DNA of 64,000 nt from positions 3,300,609 to 3,364,608 of the forward strand of contig NW_003526943.1 in assembly GCF_000181795.1 (NCBI RefSeq), read 5' to 3'. Below are positions 24,452 to 37,003 of the stretch, in pieces; the first letter of the stretch is position 1, and every line of letters starts with the position of its first letter. The position numbers and the translations under genes were made by a program. This stretch comes from Trichinella spiralis. Its lineage: Eukaryota. The notes below the pieces were generated by a model. It was not told the DNA's origin. It did not search any database and saw nothing but the letters and a program-made list of their open reading frames with translations.

Positions 24452-27400
24452 ATGCTTCATTTGCTCATGGCACCCAATACTATGACCAACGATCGGGTCA
24501 ACTATGTGTACAGTTGTGATGTTCATAAGCCGGTGAAATTTAAAATTGGTTGCTTGGAAGGCCTTCTTCCAAGATTTTCTTTGAACGATATATTAAGGGA
24601 TCCAAATGCGGTAGATTGTCTTGCTTTGCAAGAAGAATGCCAGCCAAACATTTACGTAGAATGTCAGTTGTACTGTTTGGGTAGACCTGTTGGTCTTCCT
24701 ATTGTCACTAGTTCGAAATATTTTACTACCTTCTACTGTTGGGATGAATGGATTACACTTCCGATAAAGTACAGCGAGTTATCTAGGTAAGTGTATAGAA
24801 ATGTTCAACGGGTATATATTGATTATTTGTATTTTTGCTGTAATTTTATTTTGTTGTTTGATAAACGATCATTGTAATTTTTTGTGTTCTTTCAGAGATG
24901 CGCAGCTGGCTTTTACAATTGTCGACGTGCACAGCAACATGAAACGGCACGTCATCGGCGGCACCAGTATAACATTGTTCAGCAAAAGGGGCATACTGCG
25001 CTGTCGCCAGTACGACCTGAAGGTATGGCCGTTTCAGAGCGGCGACGGTACACCGGCCAACAGAACCCCGGGCAAGATGAAAGTGGGCGCTGGCTGCTGT
25101 TCAGAAACGGTTCGTCTGATGAAACGGTCGAAGCGCTACTTTTCCGGCCTGATGGAAAAGGTCGACTGGCTCGATCGGATCACCTTCCGACAAATCGAAC
25201 GGATCTGCGCTCAGGAGAAGAGCCTTGGCAAGGATTTGTTCCTGTTGGTCGATTTTCCGGTCTTCCATTTCGGTGGCAACGATTTCTGCATGGTCTATTT
25301 CGAAACCGACATGGATAATTCCAAACTGTTCAACCGGTGCCCGACGTTGACGCGTTTCGTCGATTTGAGTTTGGATTTGGAAAATGTGTGCGAATTGAAG
25401 AACTACTTGTTGGCCAGATCGACGCGCAGCGTGATGGCCGACCGCGACATCAAGCCGAATCCCACGACCCGGGATCAGCTTGCCCGGGTGGTCAATTATC
25501 CGCCCAATTGCGAATTGAACAACGAGGACAAGGCGTTGATTTGGAAATTCCGCCACTATTTGAAAAGCAACGGCCGGGCGTTGGTCAAATTCCTCCAATG
25601 CGTCCAGTGGCAGTCGCCAGCCGAATTAGCACAGGCTGAGGAACTGCTGCACGAATGGGCGCCGATGAGCGTGGCCGACACGTTGGAATTGTTGTCGTCG
25701 AAATTCCAACAGCCCCTGGTGCGTGAATACGCGGTCGGCCGGATCCGCGATTCGTCGCCGGACGTGGTTCATACTTATCTGATGCAGCTGGTGCAGGCGT
25801 TGAAGTTCGAAGAGCAGGAACGAATCCGTGCCGGAACTGATCCGACCTTTGTGCAAAATATTCAGAACCAAGCACCGCTGCAGTCAAACCGTACGACCGG
25901 CGACGACGGTCCTGCGCCGCAGAGTTGCTCGAACGGGACCACCACTTCCGTCGAGCGGTCCAGTGAACCACCGTCTGACAAGGAGACCGATTCTGGCGTG
26001 GGCTGTACCCAGTCGGAACAGTCGCATCCGGAAACTGACGGTACCGATTTGGCTTCGTTTCTCATACGCGTCGCTTGCAAAGATCCCACGCTAGCCAATC
26101 ACTTGTACTGGCATTTGAAAACTGAACGCGACTGTCTACATTTGGAAATCATCTCTAGAGAATCCGGAGGCAAAACGTCGGACAAAAGTTCACCGGCTGC
26201 GGATGAAAAACAACAACAACTGGAATGGAAACTGAGAGCCTACCGTAAGCTCTACTCGACTATGGTCGACAGGCTTTTGAAAGCTCTGGCACGCGGAGGG
26301 ACCGAGGCTAAGCGCCGACGCAAGCTCATAAAACGCCAAGAGCAATTTGTCGCCCATTTGCTAGATGTGAGTGAGTGAATTTTTTGAAAATTCTCATTCC
26401 ACTGCATTTTCAACTGCTTCATTCAACAGATCATGGGTAGAGTTATGCGAGACAGCGGACCCAGAAATCAAAAGCTGGCACATCTTAAAAAACTGTTGGC
26501 CGCCGAGGACGATCGTTTCAATTTGCACAATATGGGAGGCTTGCCTCTCCCTTTGGATCCTGGTGTCAAGCTGCAGTCCATAGTGGCCGAAAAGGCGACC
26601 ATGTTTAACAGTGCAATGTCACCGGCAAAATTGACATTCAAAACCATCGACGGTGAAGAATACACAACAATATTTAAATATGGAGATGATTTGAGGTGAA
26701 TTCTTTCTTCTTTTTGAAATTGTAAAAATCAGTGCTTCATGCAAAAACCTGTATTTGCTTTCTTCATGTTTTTATTGAATATTTATTTTAGACAAGATCA
26801 GCTTGTATTGCAGACGATATCGCTGATGGATGAATTGTTGCGGCGAGAGAATTTGGACTTAAAGCTGACACCTTACAAAGTGATCGCTACTGGTTCCAGT
26901 CATGGCTTTGTCCAATTCAAAGAGTCGATCACACTACGCGAGGTGGTTCACAGATATGGCACCATACAGGTAAAATTGTTTTTGATCTGGTGAATTCTTC
27001 TCATTTCAATCAACAAAAATAATTCTGGTATACATATATATGTATATTATAGGAATTTCTTCGTTGTCAAAAGCCAGCAACAGAAGATGCCCTGTACGGT
27101 GTTCATCCAGAAATTATGGACAATTACGTCCGTAGCTGTGCTGGTTATTCAGTGATAACGTTTTTACTTGGCGTTGGCGATCGTCACCTTCACAATTTGA
27201 TGCTCTGCAAAAATGGCTGTTTATTTCACATTGATTTCGGCTACATATTAGGTGAGCTTTTTTTTGTAAAGTTTCTCCCCATTAAATGCTGCATATAAAT
27301 TGTGTTCACGATTTTGGAATGGAAAATAAATGTAATAAAATTTAGGTCGTGATCCGAAGCCTCTGCCACCGCCAATCAAGTTGACAAAGGAAATGGTGGA

Positions 27401-27946
27401 AGCGATGGGCGGATTGCGCAGCATTTATTGGAGAGAATTTGTGAAATTCATGTACACCGCATTTCTTCTCCTGAGAAGACATGTAAATTTATTTGTAAAT
27501 ATATTCGCTCTCATGGTGCAATCCAGTTTACCTGACATTGCGTCTGAGCCGGAAAAAGCCGTTAGCAAGTTGCAGGTATATAAGCAGTATTGAATGTTTT
27601 TGAAATTATTTATTTAATAATCCACAGATTACTTGAAAAGTTTCTTATGATGTTGACAAGTCATTCAAAATTTGAAATTCATTTATTATTATTCATTAGA
27701 CAGTAGATAATTGGATGAAAAAAAAATTTTTCATTCAAGTGAATTTATATTCCATTCAATTTAATTAATGCTGTAGGGAAATTTCTGTTGAATGAATTAT
27801 TTTTTTTTCAGGATCGGTTTTTTCTTCGTCTCTCCGATGAAGAAGCGGTATATCATCTTCAGCACATGATTGAAGTTTCCATCAATGCCAAGATGGCTGC
27901 AATTGTAGATCTGATGCACGACATTGCTCAATTTTTACGCAAATAA
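24452..27946 (+). CDS. vps-34: Class III phosphatidylinositol 3-kinase Vps34, 7 exons
   Basis: Exons 24452-24786, 24896-26366, 26430-26695, 26792-26969, 27053-27251, 27346-27575, 27812-27946. Motifs YVYSCD..KIGCLEG (C2), [35 protein letters not shown]. The start ATG may be 24452, 24467 or 24482. Confidence 0.95.
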
Positions 27947-30900
27947 TCGTGCTGTGTTTTTGAATGAATTGAATTTTGTAAACTAAAAATTCTACAAATT
28001 CAAAAATTACAATTTGTTTCGAATTTGTTCAATTGCAAAATTACTTCAACCTGTATTATTATTATTAATCATCTTAGAATTAATTGTAAGTGAAAAGTAA
28101 AAATTTTACCTTGAAATTTTTTTAAAATTGTTTTTCACTAGACAGTGTTAAAAATGGATGGTATATTTTCTGTGGAAGCTCTGTTTCTTCTGCAAACAAG
28201 ACGAGTATGAATACAGAACAGGCTCAATGTGTGTATACAGAATTTGCCATTTGTATGTGTATTGAAATTTCATTTGAAAATAGCTTCAAGAAAAGTATGC
28301 ACGTATGAAATTTCAACAAATGCCGTTTTGAACAAAAAGTGAAAAGCAATTACAGCATGCGCGACGAAAATGGCACCCGGCAGTGTGATAAACAGTGTTA
28401 AACGTAAAATTTGGGGATACAGAAAAAGCACAGATTCACGGTGAGCAAACAATGATTTCAACATCGTCGACAAACAATTAATTGTCAATGGAATTTTTTA
28501 AATTTATTATTTGCATAATTGCATGTGTATTCATTTGCAAATAGATTCGAAAAACGTATCTTATTGTCATTTGAGAACAAAAATTGAAATTAACCTCGAC
28601 AACAAACAGTGTTATTGTTTGCTTGAATTGCAATTTTCATCACATTAGAGCAGCAGTTCCAGTAAATAATATATTTTCGTGCTGTCAAATTTCAATAGAT
28701 GCGATAAATTTTTTCTAATTTTTAATTAATATTGATAAAATTTTAAATTGCTTGACATATTTTTGAAACTATTTGAAAATAATACTGAAAATCAGATGAA
28801 TATTTTAAAAAGAAAATTTTAAAAATATTAATAGTAATTGAGAAAAAAGGATCACATCGATGATGGCGGTATGTAATTATTGTATGCAAATGTTACATTT
28901 GTAAAAATAAATGAATAAAAAAATCATTTTATCGATTGTCAACAAAGATTAATTGAAGCTAATTTTGCTGGTAAAACATTCCAAACACAAAACGAGCAAA
29001 TGCAATAATGCATGATCGATCGAAGTAAAATTTTTCAACTGAACAGTAATAAATTGCATATTACAAAACAGTGTAACTTGAAAGGAAAAAAAATAATATC
29101 TATTTTGAACATTTTACTTTGAAATGTTATTTTATTAATACAACTTAAATTGAAATTGTTAATGATACTCGTTGATGAATAAAGTTAATAATATTGAAGA
29201 TGATGCATTATTTTTTGTTTTTTTTTTTGAAAATTAAGCATGCCGTTTTAGTAAAAAACAATTTTGGAATATATTCATGTTCATATTAATATTGAATAAG
29301 TGGCAATAAAACTTTGTTTTCAAAAAATATAGAAAATAATTATACTTGGAAGATAATAAGGAGAATAAAATTCAGGAAGCATATTGTTTTTGGCATTTAT
29401 TACCATACATATATATAAATATATTACGTTATGAATAGATGATTATTGTGTGCTTGGTGGCAAGTGGCCGGCAGTTGAATAACTGCAGAAGCCCTGAGAA
29501 GGTGGAATTTTTTGCGCTGCTTTTCATTGTTGACCGGCACGTTAGCTTTCTGATTTATGGTAACCATTAAGTGCAAACGCCAGACTATCCAACCGACCCT
29601 GAAGACAATGCTAAGAAGCGATTGCGTCTTTTTATAAAAATGTGACCGAACAAGTTGACCCACATATAGCAATTAATAAAACCACATAAAACAATCAATG
29701 GAAGCAATAATAAAGCATCGTCAACTGCATCTGGTCATTTTCCCGACCAAGCTTTCAAAACAAAAAAGAATATAAGTAAAAATTATTAAACTTATTTTTT
29801 TCACTTTTCCATTGCATCTGTCCGTCATCAAGCTTATTTTGTTTCCTCTTGGCTTTCTTCTTTGTTTTTCGATTATTCACATCGGTTAGCCATATTTATT
29901 CCACATACGTAAGAAAGATGGATGTCAGTTTTTTATTATAATTTTTATTTATTACAATATTGTAGAAATTATCAAAAAGAAAACACCAAATAATAAAAAT
30001 GACATAACTGAGAGTGTTTGAATAATAATTATTGTAATAATTTTTATATCTCTACTTCAACAAACAGAAATAGAAGAAAAAAGCATTTACAACAGAGGAG
30101 TGAGCATTTGACATGAGAAAGCTGTCCAACTGTTGGCAGTTTGCTGTTCTGTTCGCTTGTCTGATTGAAAGATCAATATTGAACTTTTCGCAAATGATAA
30201 ACAAAAGCCGATGGCAAAAATGCGATGATGAAACAAAACGCTATTTTAAAAATTTGCATAATGATTCACAGGAACAATTTTGGTTTTTTTTGAATTGATC
30301 TTTTTTTATTCTATTTTTCTGTAAGCATTTTTCTACAGTATTGATGACAAAACAGTCAGGGTCAGAGGAGGCCAAGCGGAAAAACTGTACGTATGGGAAA
30401 GGCGAGAACAGCGGCCACGCTTAACGATCAAGATCAAAGAACGCCGCACCGGTTGTGCAAATTACCCTAGCAAAGCATGCCTATCTTGCATTCCAAATCT
30501 ACATTAAAATCCACCAATAAACATGTATACGTTTTGCTTGATTTTTTTTCAAAAAAAACATTTTCATATATCACCATAATCGCTTGTACAATAATACGAA
30601 GTATTTGGTTTTTTAGAGCAATAGAACTTCAACCTAACGGTGACCACGCGACACAACCCTGTGACTGACTAGTCATTATCTAGTGCCAGTCACAAAATGA
30701 GCATAACTTCAACGGGGAATTAGTTGACGCTAATTGCGTTGTTTTGCACAAATTAATTATGTCTTTATTTTTTATTGTTGACCAAATAATCAAATTAACA
30801 AATTATAGATTTCAAATCCAATCAGAAACAAATCAAGCAGCTAATTTATGAATCAAAAACAGAAGTGAAATTTAATATTTGATTCTTTTTTTATATGTAT

Positions 30901-31729
30901 TTTAAAATTTTTTTAATAAAAAAACAACCAATACAACAACAACAATTACTACATATAGCTGCAGATTTTTTCTGTTGCTGTTTCATTCAAATTTTTTCAA
31001 ACAATAACATGCTATAAATTTTGAATATTCAAATTGAAAAAAATTCTCATTTTTTGTAGTGTAGTAGTAGTAGTAGTAATATTTTTCTTTTTTCAACATG
31101 AAAGTTTGATTTGTAATTGAAAAATTCCATTGCATCGACTCACACGGGCGGATCGACAAACAATGTCTTTCTTGCACGCAACGACCAGATGCAATTTTTG
31201 CAAACAGGAAATGAATGAGTCATACAATTAATGTTTCTCCAATGTTTCCATCATATGTTCCATAAATTAATTTTAAGAACATCTGAAGTCATAATATAAA
31301 ATTGGCCACAAATTTCCATCGTAGAAATGGTCAAGAAGGGAGGGGAGCACCAGAGGGAGAGATAATACTTAGTTTTTTTTAAATTACCATAATATATAAA
31401 TAATATTTTTTAATCTAAACTAAAAAATATAAATGTATCAATTAATTAGTTACATAAGAGGGAGAGAGAGGTAAGTAGGTAGGATAGAATTAATTAATTA
31501 ACTAATTAATTAATTATAAAGGTGCAGAGGTGAGAATGGAATTTTGTTAATTTGTTTATTTTGCTTGAACAAGCAAACACAATGGGATAAAATAAAAAGA
31601 ACAACAGTGACGACAAAGGGGGAGGGAGAGAGGGAAACAGTAGCTAGCAGGAGAAAAGAATAAAGCTGAGAAAAGCCGTTGGTTGGACAAAGCGGATGCC
31701 AGAAGGCCAGAAGTGACAGAAAGCGATAC

Positions 31730-32230
31730 GTATGTTATAGCAAAGATTGTCCGGCCGGCAGAGAAGGATACGTACGTCGGCTAATTGGATTGACCAATTG
31801 GCTCACAGCTGGGCGCCGGTGAGGCGAAATGCCAAAGCGGCCGGCCGGCCGGCTGCTTTTGCTGATCTGCTCGATCTCCGTCCTTCTGGGCCTGGTGGCG
31901 GCGGAACACACGCGTTGTTCGCCCTCGCCAATCTCAACCTTTTGGCGAATGATCAAAAAGATGCCGCCGCATGCCGGTCGACATTTATTGGTCGTAGATC
32001 AACGTTGATTGGTTGACCGCTGACCGATGGTCAGCAAGCGTTGCCGGCCTCGACGAGCTGTGCTGAACAAGCCGAGCCGGTAAACACAATGGTCGGCGAG
32101 ATCAAAGCTTTTCAATTTAGGTACATCGGCGCGTAAACTGCGCTGCGTTCACGTTGACACTGATGATAAATGCTGCCGGGCGTTTTGTCGCTCTGTCGCC
32201 ATTCGACCGTTTATATTCTCACTGAGCAGT
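31730..32230 (+). promoter_or_regulatory. CpG/GC-rich promoter-like island upstream of caudal
   Basis: Abrupt GC/CpG rise with at least five CCAAT/ATTGG pentamers (e.g. 31784, 31794, 31928, 31987, 32008) and AGATCAAAG at 32099, ending ~180 nt before the ATG. Confidence 0.5.
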
Positions 32231-32407
32231 CGTCATCAGTGTAGACTTTGTTGCTCTTTCACTTCACTGCTTTTTTTCGACAGCTTCTCCCTCCCCTATT
32301 ATACACCGCTTTGCTCTCACTGGTTTTCATTTCATCGACATAGACCACAACTTTTATTCAAATTTCATCCACTACCTCAGTGTTGTACATTTGGAATTTG
32401 TGAAGAG

Positions 32408-35400
32408 ATGCTTTTGCCAGTCAACTCTCTGGTCAACAGTTCGACAGAATGTGCGACCAATGCTAATGGGCAAAATTGTTCCATGTGTTCACCTCCATCG
32501 CTGATGCACCCAAAGTCGACATTCCCGATCGACTTGACCGTACAGCATTGCTCTGTTAGCGGTCATACACCGTCGCCACCGTTGAACTTTTCACCCACGC
32601 TCAGTTTGAAAGTGGAACCACCGTTCGACTACATCAACCCTCGGCTGAACTCTTCTGAACGGACGGTAATAACTGAAGTATATTCTTTTTTTTTCCCCTA
32701 TATTCGCACCATATCCAATAACCGAAAATTCCCTTTGAAACTATGCAAACGAGATCAATTATATGACATCTGTTCTGCACACAGCGCGGCTGGCTCTTTC
32801 TTAGTTACCCTTCTTCACACCAACGGCGCAAATGTTCTTCTCCTTCTCCAATATCATTTGTTTGTGCTGTGGGTGTGCATACGTGCGTGCTGCATTTGCT
32901 ATTGCTTTTTGTTCTTGCTAACAACAACAACAATCGACGATCACATTTCTCGATCATCCAAGCTTTTAGCTTTTTGCCAAATTTCCACCTCACCACCACA
33001 TTCGTTGCATGTGAAATACCAATATTCAAAAAGTGATCAACCATTTCACTGGCTGATTCATCATTTCCATTGACAATCAGCCTTCTGTATAATCGATCTT
33101 CTCAACAATTTTCCAAATTTTCACAACTGCTTGAAAAAAAAAACAAATTCCAACACAACTCTTTATTTATTTATTCAAAGTTTACCAACATTTCGTTACG
33201 GTATTCTGATACTGTATTTACTGTAATGAGAATATATGGAAAAAATTGTAATTTCAAAACAGCAGCAACATTGCTGTCACTTTGATTGTACAATAGAATT
33301 AAGCGAGTTTTAAAAGGAAATTTGAAATCATTCACCTTTAGGTTAGTTGGTTGGTGTAAAAACGAAGAACAAATATTACCATTAACCAAAAAAAGCAAAT
33401 TTTAATCGCGTGACAATGAGAATTGCATAAAAAGCATGTTATTTTTTGCTCAGCACGCCAGCATAGATCTCTAAACATACACGTGCATATGTATGATGAT
33501 GATGCTGATGGAAGGGATATTGTAACTAAAAAAAGTGGTGCTCATCTTTCACCGGCTCATAGAGACGACAGTCAGTCTAGTATTACTGTGTGGTTGTTCC
33601 ATCTGAGAAACAGGATTGGTCTGGAAAATTAAAAATCCAATTTTTCACTTTTGTCGCACGTTGCGATTATTAAATTAATATCCACGTTCCAATTTCGACA
33701 GCCAAAGGGAAAAAAGAAGAATAAGAAGCGCGTTTTAGATAAAGAATAAATGTTCCCTCTTTTCTGAACGCGTTGTAAATAAGCATCTGTCCGTGTGTCC
33801 CTTTCAACGTGGACTTGTTCTTAAAAAGTGTGATGGTATCCTTTTTTTCTGTTTCACTTGATTACAGTAAAAATTACGTCAATGACAGCACATTTCAAGG
33901 TTGATAATTAATAATTTTCTACATAAAACACAACCATTGTCTACATACAACTATTCCAGTATTATCATGCAGATGCATTTTTTGTCATCAATCAATAGCA
34001 ACAGTGTTCAGTATTTTTGATTAATTTCTTAAATTGGAAACGGAAAAGAAGCATTTTGATTGAACGTTCGTTCTTCTCTTCTGTAATTTCAAAAATTTGT
34101 TCTTCTTACAGTTTTACAGTTTCTCAGCGCCCCCACCTCATGATAGTGATTTCAATGATAAGGTTATCTACGAGCAGAATGTATTCTGGTGGGTTTATTT
34201 TGAGAGAATTGAGAAGCACTGTTTTCTTGCAACCAAGTAAACAGAAGTGAACAAAATGTAAATGTTGGTCTTTCATAACGGAATTTTTGTTACAGATGAA
34301 CTTTGATTCGACACCGGTGAACGCAAATTCAGCGTACGACTTTCACAAGCTGCCTTTGTTCAGCAACGGGTTGTTTCCACAACAACACTACTTTTATCCA
34401 AATGTGAAGCAGACACGCCTCGAACAAACCCCATACCGCCAAGGGTCGAACAACTGTACCTCGTTGAATTGTGGCTTCAATTATGCGGTCGCATATCCGA
34501 GCTCCAACCCAGCCTATGAATCTTACAGTTGCAAACCGACTGCCACAAATCCGGCAATTTCGTGCGTACTGAATTCCACGGACAATGTCGAGACGGGTGG
34601 ATTGTTTGTTCCAAGACCAACAACAACAACAACAATTACTACTACTACAACGAATCCGTACGTCAAAGCCACTTTAACGCAACCAATGCCGACCAAGTCG
34701 TCCATATCTTGGATGCGTGGAACGACAAATGAAGCGGCTGAAATTGCAAAAGAGCACAGCAAAACTCGGACCAGAGAAAAATATCGCATGGTCTATTCGA
34801 GTTTTCAAAGGCTCGAATTGGAGAAAGATTTCTGCTACAATCGCTTCGTCACTACTGAACGCAGACGTATTTTATCTAAACTGCTTGGTAAGCTGATGTT
34901 TCATTGTTATTTAATATAAAAAATTAATTTAGTCAGCAAAATATCTATATATTAATGTATGTATCTATGTATTAATTGCAATTAAACTTTTCCTATATTA
35001 AATGCATGTATTACACACCATTATGTAAATTTACACAAGTCGTGCTTTGTTTATATTCATTGTCTGTATTCATGTCACTGAAATAAACAATATAATTCAA
35101 AATTTTTGCAATTTTAGAGAAAATTAAAAGAAAATAAATTAATTGCAAGTTATTTCTTTCTATTCATTTTGAAATGTTTGCTATTCTCGTGTTTATTGTT
35201 CCATGAAATGCACATATTAAAACAGTACAGTTAATTAATATTGTAAATTATTTGAAAAATTGTTGTAAATGTTTCGAGTATGCTGATAGTTGCTATTGTG
35301 TAAGGGTTATTGAATTTATTTTTGCTTTTCTCTTGTTTTGAGGACTCACAGAGAGGCAGGTGAAGATATGGTTCCAAAATCGACGTGCCAAAGAGAAAAA

Positions 35401-35620
35401 ATGCAATAATCGAAATGCAACCATGACGCAGGGAAATTGTTCACCAGTTGTTGTTGAACCACTGGCAAAGGGAAGTTTGCCAAATCTACTTCGCCCACAG
35501 CAAGAAAAGCTACCTCTGCTTTCTGGTACTACTGAACACCATCAATATACGACGACTGGATCATCTTGTCTATTACAATCACCGGACAGTGTACATTCGA
35601 TGTCCAACAGTGGAATATAA
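32408..35620 (+). CDS. cad: caudal/Cdx (pal-1) ParaHox homeodomain protein
   Basis: Exons 32408-32677 (less certain), 34296-34887 and 35343-35620. Hexapeptide ISWMR. Spliced homeodomain KTRTREKYRMVYSSFQRLELEKDF...[21 protein letters not shown] has the Cdx-diagnostic KTRTxxKYRxVY arm and RRAKE. Confidence 0.9.
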
Positions 35621-36954
35621 ATGCACTATATTCCGGCAGATATTTTTTGCTGGCTCTGTTTTTTTCTTTTTGAAAATATTCTTTTTTTTTGTTTGAAACA
35701 TATTTTAAATATGTTTTTTTGATTCTGCGCAATTTATGTAAACACTGACGTGCCAAAGTTTTTTGAATAAAAATATTACTTAAACTGTGCCACTGTGAAG
35801 TTTACGCTTTTTTCAAGAAAAAATCTCCGTAAATACGTAAAAATAAAATAATTTTTAATTGGTGATTAAATTTCAGAGCAATGATTTACAATGCTAATGC
35901 AACGTCGCAATGGACTTGTCTTAATGTTTTGAGTTTAAACTGTTGAATAATATTTAATTTTCCCTTTGAAACTTTTTCATAAAATTTATTTTAAATTAAA
36001 ATGTATGAGCATGTTGACAATAATTTTTACAAATAAATTTTGGATATAAGTTTCTCATTGATTACTTATGCTCGATTATTATTCACAATTCTGACTAATC
36101 GACGGAATGAACAATACAATATTTGGACAGTAATTTTGTTCAGTTTTCTTTCTGCAAAACTGTTCAAAATTCATACTTCAAAAATTCACCGAAAATAAAT
36201 TAAATTACATTTCAGTAGAATCATCAGTATCATGAAGAATGTAATCATGTGGGTGCGTTTCATCATTTTCTTCGTTTACTTTAAAATATTTTGTGCATTT
36301 ATTTATTATCATCAGTTTCTGCTTAGTTTAATTTAATATTTTCAACAGTACACTATGTGAAAATGAAGTTAAATTGACATTGGCTCTGATAGAACATTGA
36401 ACTCAGTTCATTTAAAAAGTTTTGTTTAGAACATTTTTTTAAATAAAATAAATTGTTAATATTTTAATAAACGTTTAATAAAGGCGTGTTTGTTTCAAAA
36501 ATTTAATTATACAATAATAAGAACAAGTTTGGTAGAATTATTTGTAATATAATACTGAATAATATACAAAAAAGTTATTGATTGGTGGTTACAATAAAAG
36601 ATGGTTGAAAGGATTATTTCTTTTTGTGCATGCATATTTATTAAGATATTTTCGGAATCTTTTTATTCAGTTTAAAGAATATTTTATTAGCATATTTAAA
36701 CTAAATTTTCCAGTTCCAATTATATTTCGAATTGTCATAAAAAGAAAAAAAATTTCTTTGCTAAAAATTCAATTGTGAAATATTTAAATTTGCACAGAAC
36801 TTGCATTGACAAAATTAGCAAAGCAAAATGATTGCATTTTAATTTTTATTCAATTAAAACATTAATAAACTATCAAATTTCTTGTTAGCATTAATTGCAT
36901 GATTTAGATTTGGAATGTAAAAATATAATTTGAAAATAAATAAATTCAAAAACG

Positions 36955-37003
36955 TAATAGTAGTAGTAGTAGTAGTAGTAATAATAGTGGTGGTGGTGGT
37001 GGT
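36955..37003. repeat. Compound (TAG)n/(TAA)n/(TGG)n microsatellite
   Basis: Direct reading of the sequence. Confidence 0.8.

Noticed and set aside
24884..26098. Many overlapping ORFs in alternative frames
   Set aside because: Expected from the GC-rich Vps34 exon, where stop codons are scarce; no recognisable domains.
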